The notes under the pieces: model-generated
Database searches by the model: none
What the model saw: only the letters and a program-made list of their open reading frames with translations
Told to the model about the DNA's origin: nothing
In this document: piece by piece, positions 36,496 through 44,740 of the stretch
Layout: the number at the start of each line of letters is the position of its first letter
Numbering within the stretch: position 1 is the first letter of the stretch
Source of the DNA: Bacteroidales bacterium
GTDB lineage: Bacteria; Bacteroidota; Bacteroidia; Bacteroidales; WCHB1-69
Assembly: GCA_017525505.1 (NCBI GenBank)
Contig: JAFXSR010000033.1
Span: 43,531 to 107,530 of the forward strand
Reading direction: 5' to 3'
DNA length: 64,000 nt
Made by a program: the position numbers and the translations under genes

Positions 36496-36503
36496 TAATT
36501 TTG
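36496..36503 (+). promoter_or_regulatory. TAnnTTTG promoter box of the capsule (upxY) operon
   Basis: TAATTTTG is followed by a roughly 175 nt leader with several hairpins (ctttgc...gcaaag, atgggg...ccccat, cctgc...gcagg). Confidence 0.5.
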
Positions 36504-36686
36504 CCTTGCGAAAAATTTGTTTTTCCGAAAGGAGGGCGGTCACCTTTGCTTGGGTTCAGGCAAAGTCCGTATGGGGCTGAAAGAAAAGAAGTTCAACCCC
36601 CATAAATCACCTCCGGTTCCCTGCTGGTTTCCTACTGGCAGGAAAGAATGGTTTTAAATAAATTTTCGCAATAATTTATTGACAAT

Positions 36687-37211
36687 ATGACAGATGTGGG
36701 AAAGGCATGGTTTGCAATGAAAGTGTTTCAAAACAAGGTTTTTGAAATCGAAAGCTATTTGCAAGCCAAGGACACCGAGACTTATTTTCCGGTACGCTAT
36801 GAGGAGAAAACGATAGGTGGGGTGAAGAAAACGGTGCGCAAGCCGGTCATCACATCTCTGATTTTCTTCCGAACTTATTCCGAAAATCTGGCAGAAATTG
36901 AGAAGGACTTGAGTTCCAAGGTGGCCTTGTATCGCTATAGGAAATCACATCAGGTGGCTGTCATCCCCGATCGGGAGATGGATATCTTCAAGATGGTGAC
37001 CTCGGTGAGCAACAACAACTGGGATTATGTGGATGTGGCGGCCATGAGCTTCCGTCCCGAGGACCGTGTGCGGGTGATCGATGGGGAATTCAAGGGTGCC
37101 GAGGGCTATATCAAGCGCATCAAGGGCAACCGCCGACTCGTAGTTGCCATTGAGGGCGTCGTTGCCGTCGCCACTGCGTACATCCCGTCGTGCTACTTGG
37201 AGAAGTTGTGA
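36687..37211 (+). CDS. UpxY-family (NusG-like) capsule-operon transcription antiterminator
   Basis: The NGN-like N-terminus reads WFAMKVFQNKVFEIESYLQ...YFPV. The KOW motif is RVRVIDGEFKGAEGYIKRIKGNRRLVV. It is the first gene of the polysaccharide locus. Confidence 0.8.
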   Translation: MTDVGKAWFAMKVFQNKVFEIESYLQAKDTETYFPVRYEEKTIGGVKKTVRKPVITSLIFFRTYSENLAEIEKDLSSKVALYRYRKSHQVAVIPDREMDIFKMVTSVSNNNWDYVDVAAMSFRPEDRVRVIDGEFKGAEGYIKRIKGNRRLVVAIEGVVAVATAYIPSCYLEKL

Positions 37212-37315
37212 TAGGTTTGGGTTGCTCTCACCCCACACTTACGTGCGGGGTTACTGAGATATCGCCTCTTCGAGGCTCAAGCGGAACGGCTTCGCCGTAA
37301 TGTATATATCACAGT

Positions 37316-37480
37316 GTCACCCTTTCGCGGCAGGCACAATACAACATCAGGGCAAGAGTACCCCGTGCCGCGAGGATATATGTGGCATCCCGTACCAGGG
37401 GTTTCACCCCTGTCTGTAGTCTGGTTGGCCCTACGGGCCTCGACTCGCCCGGCAATGCATGTGTGCGGGAAGATAGGCAC
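37316..37480 (+). repeat. Family-B GC-hairpin element, copy 2
   Basis: cctttcgcggcagg...ccccgtgccgcgagg...caggggtttcacccctg tctgtagtctggtt ggccctacgggcc. Further hairpins sit upstream at 37215-37300 (ccccacacttacgtgcgggg, gcctcttcgaggc). Confidence 0.75.
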
Positions 37481-37550
37481 ACGGAGGCAAAAAGCTATGG
37501 CGCTGCGTGCGGTGGCCATGCCGATTGGCGAGGAGCCTGTGCGGTGGCAC

Positions 37551-37640
37551 AACAGTTGACAGTTAACAGTTGACAGTTAACAGTTGACAATTGACAGTTG
37601 ACAATTGACAGTTGAAAACTGAAAACTGAAAGTTGACAGG
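37551..37640 (+). repeat. Word array (GTTGACAG / TTAACAG / TTGAAAAC / TGAAAG)
   Basis: The sequence is gttgacagttaacagttgacagttaacagttgacaattgacagttgacaattgacagttgaaaactgaaaactgaaagttgacagg. Confidence 0.9.
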
Positions 37641-37660
37641 ATTCAAGTTTCAGGTTACAG

Positions 37661-37861
37661 TTCAAAATCCATAATCCATAATCCAAAATCTCTTCTAACC
37701 TTCTCACCCTCTCACCTTCCTAACCCTCCTCACCTTCCTAACCCTCCTCACCTTCCTAACCCTCCTCACCTTCCTCACCTTCCTAACCCTCCTAACCCTC
37801 CTAACCTTTACCCCCTCCTAACCCTCCTAACTTTAACCCCCCCCTACCCCCACCCCCTCCC
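37661..37861 (+). repeat. 201-nt G-free, C-rich word array (CCTYCTMAC units) upstream of wza
   Basis: I read it base by base and found no G between 37661 and 37861. Only one G (37862) occurs before the wza ATG. The units read ccttcctaaccctcctcac... Confidence 0.9.
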
Positions 37862-37883
37862 GAAATAAAAAAAACACCATATC

Positions 37884-38714
37884 ATGAAAAAACACCTATT
37901 CTTTATCATTGCCGCAGTGATGCTGCTGGCATCGTGCAACACCACGAAGAAGATCACTTATTTTCAGGATATCCAGAATTATACGGACACGACCAAGTCA
38001 GTGGCGCCTCCGGCTCCGGAAATCCGCTTGCGTCCTGATGACAAGATTTCAGTCATCGTCAACAGCAGAGACCCCGAGTTGACGAATATGTTCAATTTGG
38101 CCTATGTGACGCGTACATTGGGAAGTACAAGTGAAAACATTTCAACGGGAACACAGCATGGAACCTCCGGCTATGTTGTCAAAAGAGACGGTACCATCGA
38201 TTTTCCTGTATTGGGTTCGATAATAGCCGCGGGCAAAACCCGCGAAGAGCTCTCGGCTTATATCAAAAACGAGTTGATTAGCCAGGGTTTGGTCAGCGAT
38301 CCTATTGTGACGGTGGAGTTTATCAACCTGCAGTTTTCCGTAATGGGTGAGGTGAAAAAGCCAGGTTCTTACAATATTAACCGAGATTACATTACCCTTC
38401 TGGATGCTTTGTCCATGGCTGGAGATATGACCATCAGCGGTAAGCGTGAGAATGTGCTGGTATTACGCCCGGACTCTATAGGCAAGCTCACTGCTTATAC
38501 GGTGGATATGCGTTCTTTTGCCGAGGTCCAGAATTCACCGGTTTATTATATCCATCAGAACGATTACATCTATGTGGAGCCTAACAGGAAGAAAGCCAAC
38601 GAGTCAACAGTCAATGCCAACACGGTTCAGTCCGCCGCGTTCTGGATTTCCGTCGCTTCTTTCCTCGCCTCTATCGCCTCCACGATTTCCGTCATCGTGA
38701 CGAGAGCAAAATAA
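37884..38714 (+). CDS. wza: Polysaccharide export outer-membrane lipoprotein (Wza-like)
   Basis: The lipobox is LLASCNT. The Poly_export motif region reads LRPDDKISVIV...DGTIDFPVLGSI.AAGKT..EL, followed by an SLBB-like segment. Confidence 0.85.
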   Translation: MKKHLFFIIAAVMLLASCNTTKKITYFQDIQNYTDTTKSVAPPAPEIRLRPDDKISVIVNSRDPELTNMFNLAYVTRTLGSTSENISTGTQHGTSGYVVKRDGTIDFPVLGSIIAAGKTREELSAYIKNELISQGLVSDPIVTVEFINLQFSVMGEVKKPGSYNINRDYITLLDALSMAGDMTISGKRENVLVLRPDSIGKLTAYTVDMRSFAEVQNSPVYYIHQNDYIYVEPNRKKANESTVNANTVQSAAFWISVASFLASIASTISVIVTRAK

Positions 38715-38804
38715 TTAATGTGCTAATGTGCCAATGGAATTAGTTAATTAGCAAATGAATTTTAATCTGTCAATTGTCAACTGTCAATTATCAATTAAAT
38801 AAAA

Positions 38805-41330
38805 ATGCAAGAAAATCAAAACGCAACAGCGAACAACATTGAACAGCAAGGAGAGCAGGCCATAGACTTGAAGGCGATATTTTACCTTTGCCTTTCCAAT
38901 TGGTACTGGTTTCTGATTTCAGTCATCTTGTGTCTGGCCATAGCCACTTTTTATCTGAAGAAAACCATCCCGGTCTATACCCGTTCAGCCAAAGTGCTGG
39001 TGAAATCCGACAACAAGGGTCACTCAGCCATGAATGTCAGCGATTTCTCGGACCTGGGGCTTTTCAGCAGTGGGGTCAGCATCAACAATGAGCTGCTCAC
39101 CATCCAATCCCTCGACAATGTGGAGGAGGTGGTGCTCCGTTTGCAATTGGATAAAAACTACACTTCCGACGGTCTGCTTCATCCTGTTTTGTTGTACGGA
39201 GAAAATTTGCCCGTCAAGGTGGAGATGCCCGGCATTGACGATCAGGCGGTTCTTTCCTTTGATATTAAACTCCAGGGAACCAAGTTCACCCTTTCCGAAT
39301 TCATGTTGGGTAAGGAAGAGAAAACGGGCTCCGTTACCGCCAAGCTGGGCGATACTGTTGCCACACCGGTGGGTGTTCTTTGTGTGGTTCCCACAGAGTT
39401 TTTCAATCCCAAAAGTCAGTACAAAACCATTCACGTACAGCGTTCCTCTATTGGAAGTACGGCACGAACCTACGTTGGCAAGCTTACGGTGGCGTTGGCG
39501 GCCAAACAGACCGATGTGATGAGCTTGACGGTGAATGACATTTCCAAACAAAGGGCCGACGATTTTATCAATATGCTCATTGCCGTGTATAATGGCAATT
39601 GGCTGAAAGACAAGAACCAGGTAATGGTGAGTACTTCCATGTTTATCAATGACCGTTTGCAGATCATTGAAAAGGAATTGGGCTCGGTGGACGATGACAT
39701 TTCCTCATACAAAAGTGCCAATCTCATGCCCGATGTGGGAGCGGTATCCAGCATCTGGTTGAATCAGAACACGGTTACGACCAACCGAATTCAGGATTTG
39801 AACAACCAGATTGCCATGACCCGCTATGTGCGCAACTATCTGATCAATATGAAGAAGAAAGACCAGCTTCTGCCGGTAAACTCGGGTATTGGCAGTGGAC
39901 AGATCGAAGGTCAGTTAGCGGAATATAACGCCATGATGCTGAAAAGAAACAACCTGGTGGCCCATAGTAGCGAGCAAAGTCCTTTGGTGCTCGAAATGGA
40001 TGACAAGCTGGCCACTATGCGCCAGGCCATCGTTGCCACACTCGACAGCCAGTTGGAAAGCCTCAACACCCTCTTGCAGAGTTTCCAAGGCACTGGACGA
40101 CAAATCAACTCCCGCCTGGCTGCCAGCCCGGGACAGGCCAAGTACTTGTTGTCGGTGGAACGTCAGCAGAAGGTGAAGGAGTCGCTGTATTTGTTCCTCT
40201 TGCAGAAACGTGAGGAAAACGAGTTGTCGCAGGCTTTTACCGCTTACAATACCCGTGTGATTGAGAAACCCAATGGCTCTCCCAATCCTACCAAGCCCAA
40301 AAAGTCTCTCATCCGTTTGGTTGCTGTCATCCTGGGTTTGGCTATTCCGGGCTTTATCCTCTTTATGATCGATTACCTGAACACCACCGTGCGTAGCCGC
40401 AAGGATTTGGAGAAACTGAGTGTGCCGCTCGTTGGCGAGATTCCGTTGGTCTATAATCCGGAGGATGCCAAGAAAAACAGAAAGAAGAAAAAAGAGATAC
40501 GGCATAATGGACAGAGCAATCCTGAGGGTTTCGCCAAGACCGTGGTGGTGAAACATGGCAGCCGTAATGTCATTAACGAGGCTTTCCGTGTGTTCCGTAC
40601 CAATCTGGAGTTCATGACCAAGAACAAGGAGAACAATGTCTTTATGTTCACCTCCTTCAATCCGGGTTCCGGTAAGTCTTTTATCGCCATCAACTCGGCC
40701 ATCAGCTTGGCCATCAAAAAGCGCAAAGTGCTGGTTATCGACGGTGACTTGCGCCATGCCTCCCTGTCCGCCTACATTTTCTCCCCAAAGAAGGGTATCG
40801 CCAATTATTTGGGTCGCCAGGAGGAGGATGTTCATAAATTGATTATCCAGAGTGATGATTATCCTTGTCTGAGCTACCTGCCCGTGGGTACCATTCCGCC
40901 TAACCCCACTGAGTTGCTAGAGGATGAGCGTTTCGGTGAGTTAATCAAAATATTGAAGCAGGAGTATGACTATGTGATGATTGACTGTCCGCCTATCGAC
41001 ATTGTGGCCGACCCGCAGATTATCAACAAGTATGTAGATCGTACCGTCTTCGTGGTGCGTGCCGGTTTGATGGAGCGCAGCCTTATTCCCGAACTGGAGA
41101 AATTATACACGCAGCACAAATATGTCAACTTGTGCATGTTGCTCAACGGCACTACCAGCTCCGATGGCCGCTATGGCTACCGTTACGGTTACCGCTATGG
41201 CTATCGTTATGGTTACCGCTATGGCTACAAGTACGGCTATGGCTATCACAATGCCTACGGCAAGCACAGCGCCTACGGTGGGTATTATCATGAGGATGAT
41301 GAGACGGAGGAGGGGGGAAGTGGAAAGTAG
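38805..41330 (+). CDS. wzc: Polysaccharide co-polymerase / tyrosine autokinase (Wzc-like)
   Basis: It has a Wzz-type N-terminal TM helix and periplasmic coiled coil. The Walker A is TSFNPGSGKSFIAINSA and the Walker B is VMIDCPP. The C-terminal Tyr cluster is GRYGYRYGYRYGYRYGYRYGYKYGYGYHNAYGKHSAYGGYY. Confidence 0.9.
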   Translation: MQENQNATANNIEQQGEQAIDLKAIFYLCLSNWYWFLISVILCLAIATFYLKKTIPVYTRSAKVLVKSDNKGHSAMNVSDFSDLGLFSSGVSINNELLTIQSLDNVEEVVLRLQLDKNYTSDGLLHPVLLYGENLPVKVEMPGIDDQAVLSFDIKLQGTKFTLSEFMLGKEEKTGSVTAKLGDTVATPVGVLCVVPTEFFNPKSQYKTIHVQRSSIGSTARTYVGKLTVALAAKQTDVMSLTVNDISKQRADDFINMLIAVYNGNWLKDKNQVMVSTSMFINDRLQIIEKELGSVDDDISSYKSANLMPDVGAVSSIWLNQNTVTTNRIQDLNNQIAMTRYVRNYLINMKKKDQLLPVNSGIGSGQIEGQLAEYNAMMLKRNNLVAHSSEQSPLVLEMDDKLATMRQAIVATLDSQLESLNTLLQSFQGTGRQINSRLAASPGQAKYLLSVERQQKVKESLYLFLLQKREENELSQAFTAYNTRVIEKPNGSPNPTKPKKSLIRLVAVILGLAIPGFILFMIDYLNTTVRSRKDLEKLSVPLVGEIPLVYNPEDAKKNRKKKKEIRHNGQSNPEGFAKTVVVKHGSRNVINEAFRVFRTNLEFMTKNKENNVFMFTSFNPGSGKSFIAINSAISLAIKKRKVLVIDGDLRHASLSAYIFSPKKGIANYLGRQEEDVHKLIIQSDDYPCLSYLPVGTIPPNPTELLEDERFGELIKILKQEYDYVMIDCPPIDIVADPQIINKYVDRTVFVVRAGLMERSLIPELEKLYTQHKYVNLCMLLNGTTSSDGRYGYRYGYRYGYRYGYRYGYKYGYGYHNAYGKHSAYGGYYHEDDETEEGGSGK

Positions 41331-41383
41331 ATAGTAGAAAGTATAAAGTATAAAGTAGATAGTAGAAAGTAGAAAGTAGATGG
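41328..41383 (+). repeat. 7-nt word array AGTAKAW x8
   Basis: The array agtagat agtagaa agtataa agtataa agtagat agtagaa agtagaa agtagat begins within the wzc stop codon. Confidence 0.9.
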
Positions 41384-41384
41384 G

Positions 41385-41771
41385 TTAGGGGGTGGATAGT
41401 TGATTGTTCAATTTTTTGCGAAGGCCTGAGAGCATTTTTGCTATTTCAGTTATCTGTGGACGCAATTCGTTGAGTTGCGCTTCAGTTATGTAAGCCAGGT
41501 CCGCTGCTGTTTGTAGTTCGCTAAAGACTTCCATTAACGAGCCAAATGATATCTCAAGAAAGTGTATTTTTTCTTTGACAGATTGGCGTCCGCTTCCTTC
41601 CGCAAGATTAGCTGTAATGGAAATAGCTGCTCTACGCACCTGATTTCCAAGTCCATAACGCTCTTCAATAGGGAATATACGCTGCAAGCGATAAACATCT
41701 GCAACCAAAGATCTACATTTCTTATAAACTTCTAACCTTTCAAAAGCAAAACTTCTCATAGAATTCATCAT
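41385..41771 (-). CDS. Four-helix-bundle protein (23S rRNA intervening-sequence / Avd family)
   Basis: FERLEVYKKCRSLVADVYRL...FPIEERYGLGNQVRRAAISITANLAEGSGRQSVKEKIHFLEISFGSLMEV is the family signature. The start is moved to MMNSMRSF. It is antisense to the capsule operon. Confidence 0.85.
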   Translation of the reverse strand: MMNSMRSFAFERLEVYKKCRSLVADVYRLQRIFPIEERYGLGNQVRRAAISITANLAEGSGRQSVKEKIHFLEISFGSLMEVFSELQTAADLAYITEAQLNELRPQITEIAKMLSGLRKKLNNQLSTP

Positions 41772-41825
41772 ATACCAAAATGTAATAAACCAAACTATAA
41801 ACGAAATAAAACAAAAAAAATTATA

Positions 41826-41893
41826 AACCATAAACAAAAAAATCTATAAACCATAAACTATAAACTATATACTATATACTATATACTTTACAA
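41826..41893 (+). repeat. 7-nt word array (CCATAAA / CTATAAA / CTATATA), approximate complement of 41328-41383
   Basis: The sequence is aaccataaacaaaaaaatctataaaccataaactataaactatatactatatactatatactttacaac. Confidence 0.8.
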
Positions 41894-41894
41894 C

Positions 41895-42572
41895 ATGTTA
41901 TTCTCCAAACCAATCAACACCTACCTCAAAGGCTTCACCGACCATCACTCCCATATATTGCCCGGAGTGGATGATGGAGTGAAGAAGATGGAGGTATCCC
42001 TGCAGGTGCTGGAAAAGTACGAGCAGTTGGGTATCGCTGAGGTGTGGTGTACCCCGCATACCATGGAAGATATTCCCAATACTACGGAAGGTCTCAAAAG
42101 CCGTTTTGCGGAGCTGTGCGAGGCCTACAAGGGTCCCATCAAGCTGCATCTGGCTTCTGAATATATGATGGACGGCCTTTTCGAGGAACGTCTGGAAGAG
42201 GGTAATCTGCTGACTTTGGGCGAGGAGGGCAACCAGCTTTTGGTGGAGACCTCTTATTTCACTCCGCCCATCGATATGGACACTATCTTGCGCCGCATCC
42301 GTCAGAAGGGTTATTTCCCAGTGCTGGCTCATCCCGAGCGTTATATATACATGGATAAAGAACAGTATCATGAACTCAAGGACGAGGGTATCCGTTTTCA
42401 GCTCAACCTATCTTCCATTGCCGGTGCTTACGGTCCCGATGTCAAAGCCAAGGCCCTCTGGCTCCTCAAGAAACAATACTACGACCTTGCCGGCTCCGAT
42501 CTCCACTCGCTGAGAAACGTTTCCTTCTGGGAGGCACGAGCTCCGCGGGCCCTGAGGAAGTTTTTGGGATAG
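41895..42572 (+). CDS. PHP-family protein-tyrosine phosphatase (CpsB/YwqE-like)
   Basis: The N-terminal metal motif is DHHSHILPGVDDG, with LAHPERY later. It sits next to the Wzc-like kinase. Confidence 0.85.
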   Translation: MLFSKPINTYLKGFTDHHSHILPGVDDGVKKMEVSLQVLEKYEQLGIAEVWCTPHTMEDIPNTTEGLKSRFAELCEAYKGPIKLHLASEYMMDGLFEERLEEGNLLTLGEEGNQLLVETSYFTPPIDMDTILRRIRQKGYFPVLAHPERYIYMDKEQYHELKDEGIRFQLNLSSIAGAYGPDVKAKALWLLKKQYYDLAGSDLHSLRNVSFWEARAPRALRKFLG

Positions 42573-42632
42573 AAGGATAGAAGGTTAGAAAGGTTAGAAA
42601 GGTTAGGAGGGTTAGGAGGGTTAGGAGGGTTA
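42573..42632 (+). repeat. 8-9-nt word array GGWTAGRAR x8 (part of a 98 nt C-free tract, 42553-42650)
   Basis: The array ggatagaa ggatagaa ggttagaaa ggttagaaa ggttaggag x4 begins at the phosphatase stop. It supplies the last codons of the antisense gene. Confidence 0.9.
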
Positions 42633-43004
42633 GGAGGGTAAAGTGTTTAGCTTTTTTTTGAAAGATGCTCTTAATCCTATTAGCATTTTAGATACATATT
42701 CGAATTCAGGCTTCATTTTGTTTACATTACTGATCGAGATATAATTCAAATCAACAGCTATTAGTAATTGACAATAGCATTCCATTAAAGAACCATAAGC
42801 AATTTCTATAAAGTGGATTTTTTCTTTAACTGATGTTCTACCACTTCCTTCTGCAATATTTGATGGAACAGAAACTATTGACCTTCTGATTTGATCGCAT
42901 AACGCATACCGTTCTATAGACGGAAATTCTTTTAAGGTATCATACACTGAAACAACAAGCTTTTTGGATACTTGCCAAACTTCTAAACTTTCAAACGAGA
43001 ACAT
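42630..43004 (-). CDS. Four-helix-bundle protein (23S rRNA intervening-sequence / Avd family), second copy
   Basis: The family signature is FESLEVWQVSKKLVVSVYDTLKEFPSIERYALCDQIRRSIVSVPSNIAEGSGRTSVKEKIHFIEIAYGSLMEC. Its own TATTTTTG box is at 43040-43047 (minus). Confidence 0.85.
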   Translation of the reverse strand: MFSFESLEVWQVSKKLVVSVYDTLKEFPSIERYALCDQIRRSIVSVPSNIAEGSGRTSVKEKIHFIEIAYGSLMECYCQLLIAVDLNYISISNVNKMKPEFEYVSKMLIGLRASFKKKLNTLPS

Positions 43005-43039
43005 ACTTTCTAAATTTTCAAATGAATAATAAATAATTG

Positions 43040-43047
43040 CAAAAATA
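43040..43047 (-). promoter_or_regulatory. TAnnTTTG promoter box for the second four-helix-bundle gene
   Basis: The reverse complement of caaaaata is TATTTTTG, 36 nt upstream of the ATG at 43004. Confidence 0.5.
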
Positions 43048-43065
43048 CAAAAAAATAAAAATAAC

Positions 43066-43212
43066 CCTCCTAACCCTCCTAACCTTTCTAACCTTCCTAA
43101 CCTTCCTAACCCTCCTAACCCTCCTAACCCTCCTAACCTTCCTAACCTTCCTAACCTTCCTAACCCTCCTAACCCTCCTAACCCTCCTAACCTTCCTAAC
43201 CCTCCTAACCCA
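43066..43212 (+). repeat. 9-nt word array CCTYCTAAC x about 17, inside a 204-nt G-free tract (43040-43243)
   Basis: The units read ccctcctaaccctcctaacctttctaaccttcctaacc.... It is the reverse complement of the arrays at 42573-42632, 44607-44730 and 45825-45912. There is no G until the ugd ATG. Confidence 0.9.
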
Positions 43213-43241
43213 TAAACACTAAACTATAAACATCAAACAAT

Positions 43242-44609
43242 ATGAAAATCTCCGTCGCAGGTACCGGCTATGTGGGTATGAGCATCGCCACTCTACTCGC
43301 TCAACATAATGAAGTAACCGCTGTGGACGTGGTTCCAGAGCGTGTTGACATGGTGAACCATAAAAAGTCTCCTATCCAGGATGACTATATTGAAGACTTT
43401 TTGGCCCACAAACCCTTGACTATCAGTGCTACCCTTGACCAGGAGGCGGGCTACCGCGAGGCCGACTTTGTGGTCATTGCGGCCCCTACCAATTACGACC
43501 CCCAGAAGAATTTCTTCGACACCTCGGCAGTAGAGGCGGTCATTGATGCCGTGCTGAAGGTGAACCCCGATGCGGTTATGGTCATCAAGAGCACCATTCC
43601 GGTGGGATATACCCGTTCGCTGTATGTCAAATATTACAGGCAAGGGGCTAAGAAATTCAACCTGTTGTTCAGCCCCGAGTTCCTGCGCGAGAGCAAGGCC
43701 CTGTACGATAACCTTTATCCCTCTCGTATCATTGTGGGTACCCCGAAAATGATGAAGGGCAAGGACTATGAGGAGGAAAACGAAGCTATCAAGGCACTCA
43801 CCGATATCGACTGGATCAGCCAGAAAGCCCATCAGTTTGCCGGTCTTCTTGTGGAAGGCGCCATCGGCCCCTCTCCAGACACCTGCTCACCCTCTAACCC
43901 TCTCACGCCCTCTCAACCCAACAAAGGCATTTCCGTCCTCTTCATGGGCATGAAGGAAGCCGAGGCGGTGAAGCTTTTCGCCAACACTTACCTGGCTCTC
44001 CGTGTAAGCTATTTTAATGAGTTAGATACCTATGCCGAGGTAAAAGGTCTTGACCCTCAGTCTATTATAGAAGGGGTTGGGCTCGATCCCCGTATTGGTT
44101 CGCATTACAACAACCCCAGTTTCGGTTATGGCGGCTACTGTTTGCCCAAGGATACCAAGCAGCTGCTGGCCAACTATGCCGATGTGCCTCAGAACATGAT
44201 GAGCGCCATCGTGGAAAGCAACAGAACCCGCAAGGACTTTATTGCCGACCAAGTGCTCAAGATGGCAGGTTATTACGCTTATAGCGAGAATAATCAATTC
44301 AAAAATCAGGGTTCAGAATTCAAAGTTCCCACCATTGGTGTCTTTAGATTGACGATGAAATCTAACAGCGACAATTTCCGTCAGTCGGCCATCCAGGGCA
44401 TCATGAAGCGCATCAAGGCCAAGGGGGCCAACGTTATCATCTACGAGCCCACTTTGGAGAACGGTACCATGTTTTTTGGCAGCCTTATTATCAACGACCT
44501 TGTCCAGTTCAAAACCCAGAGCCAGGCTATCATCGCCAACCGTTACGATGCCTGCCTGGATGATGTGAAAGAGAAGGTTTATACGAGGGATATTTTCAAA
44601 AGGGATTAG
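43242..44609 (+). CDS. ugd: UDP-glucose 6-dehydrogenase
   Basis: The Rossmann N-terminus is [21 protein letters not shown]. The catalytic Cys context is [18 protein letters not shown], with [28 protein letters not shown] nearby. Confidence 0.9.
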   Translation: MKISVAGTGYVGMSIATLLAQHNEVTAVDVVPERVDMVNHKKSPIQDDYIEDFLAHKPLTISATLDQEAGYREADFVVIAAPTNYDPQKNFFDTSAVEAVIDAVLKVNPDAVMVIKSTIPVGYTRSLYVKYYRQGAKKFNLLFSPEFLRESKALYDNLYPSRIIVGTPKMMKGKDYEEENEAIKALTDIDWISQKAHQFAGLLVEGAIGPSPDTCSPSNPLTPSQPNKGISVLFMGMKEAEAVKLFANTYLALRVSYFNELDTYAEVKGLDPQSIIEGVGLDPRIGSHYNNPSFGYGGYCLPKDTKQLLANYADVPQNMMSAIVESNRTRKDFIADQVLKMAGYYAYSENNQFKNQGSEFKVPTIGVFRLTMKSNSDNFRQSAIQGIMKRIKAKGANVIIYEPTLENGTMFFGSLIINDLVQFKTQSQAIIANRYDACLDDVKEKVYTRDIFKRD

Positions 44610-44730
44610 GTTAGAGAGGTTAGGAAGGTTAGGAAGGTTAGAGGGTGAGAAGGTGAGAAGGTTAGAAAGGTTAGGAAGGTTAGAAAGGTTAGGAAGGTTA
44701 GGAAGGTTAGGAAGGTTAGAAGAGATTATG
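44607..44730 (+). repeat. Word array GGTTAGRAR / GGTGAGAA (part of a 154 nt C-free tract, 44598-44751)
   Basis: ggttagagaggttaggaaggttaggaaggttagagggtgagaaggtgagaaggttagaaagg... begins at the ugd stop codon. Confidence 0.9.
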
Positions 44731-44740
44731 GTTTATATTT

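Noticed and set aside
36360-36560. Invertible (phase-variable) capsule promoter flanked by inverted repeats, as in Bacteroides fragilis.
   Set aside because: I found only weak A/T-rich partial complementarity around the TAATTTTG box. There is no clean inverted-repeat pair and no nearby recombinase gene.
37277-37707. Four overlapping ORFs (37277-37552 minus, 37314-37559 plus, 37382-37573 plus, 37495-37707 minus) downstream of upxY; considered as a possible upxZ.
   Set aside because: All lie within the family-B hairpin element and the word arrays. They overlap one another on both strands, their composition is repeat-driven, and none resembles an UpxZ-type protein.
41385-43004. Possibility that the four-helix-bundle (Avd-family) genes mark a diversity-generating retroelement.
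   Set aside because: The window has no reverse transcriptase ORF. I found no template/variable repeat pair with adenine-specific differences, and no target gene with a C-terminal variable region adjacent.
43037-43222. ORF of 61 aa (MQKYKKIKITLLTLLTFLTFLT...).
   Set aside because: It is simply the one open frame through the CCTYCTAAC 9-nt array. The sequence is periodic and low-complexity, there is no promoter, and it lies in the G-free tract upstream of ugd.
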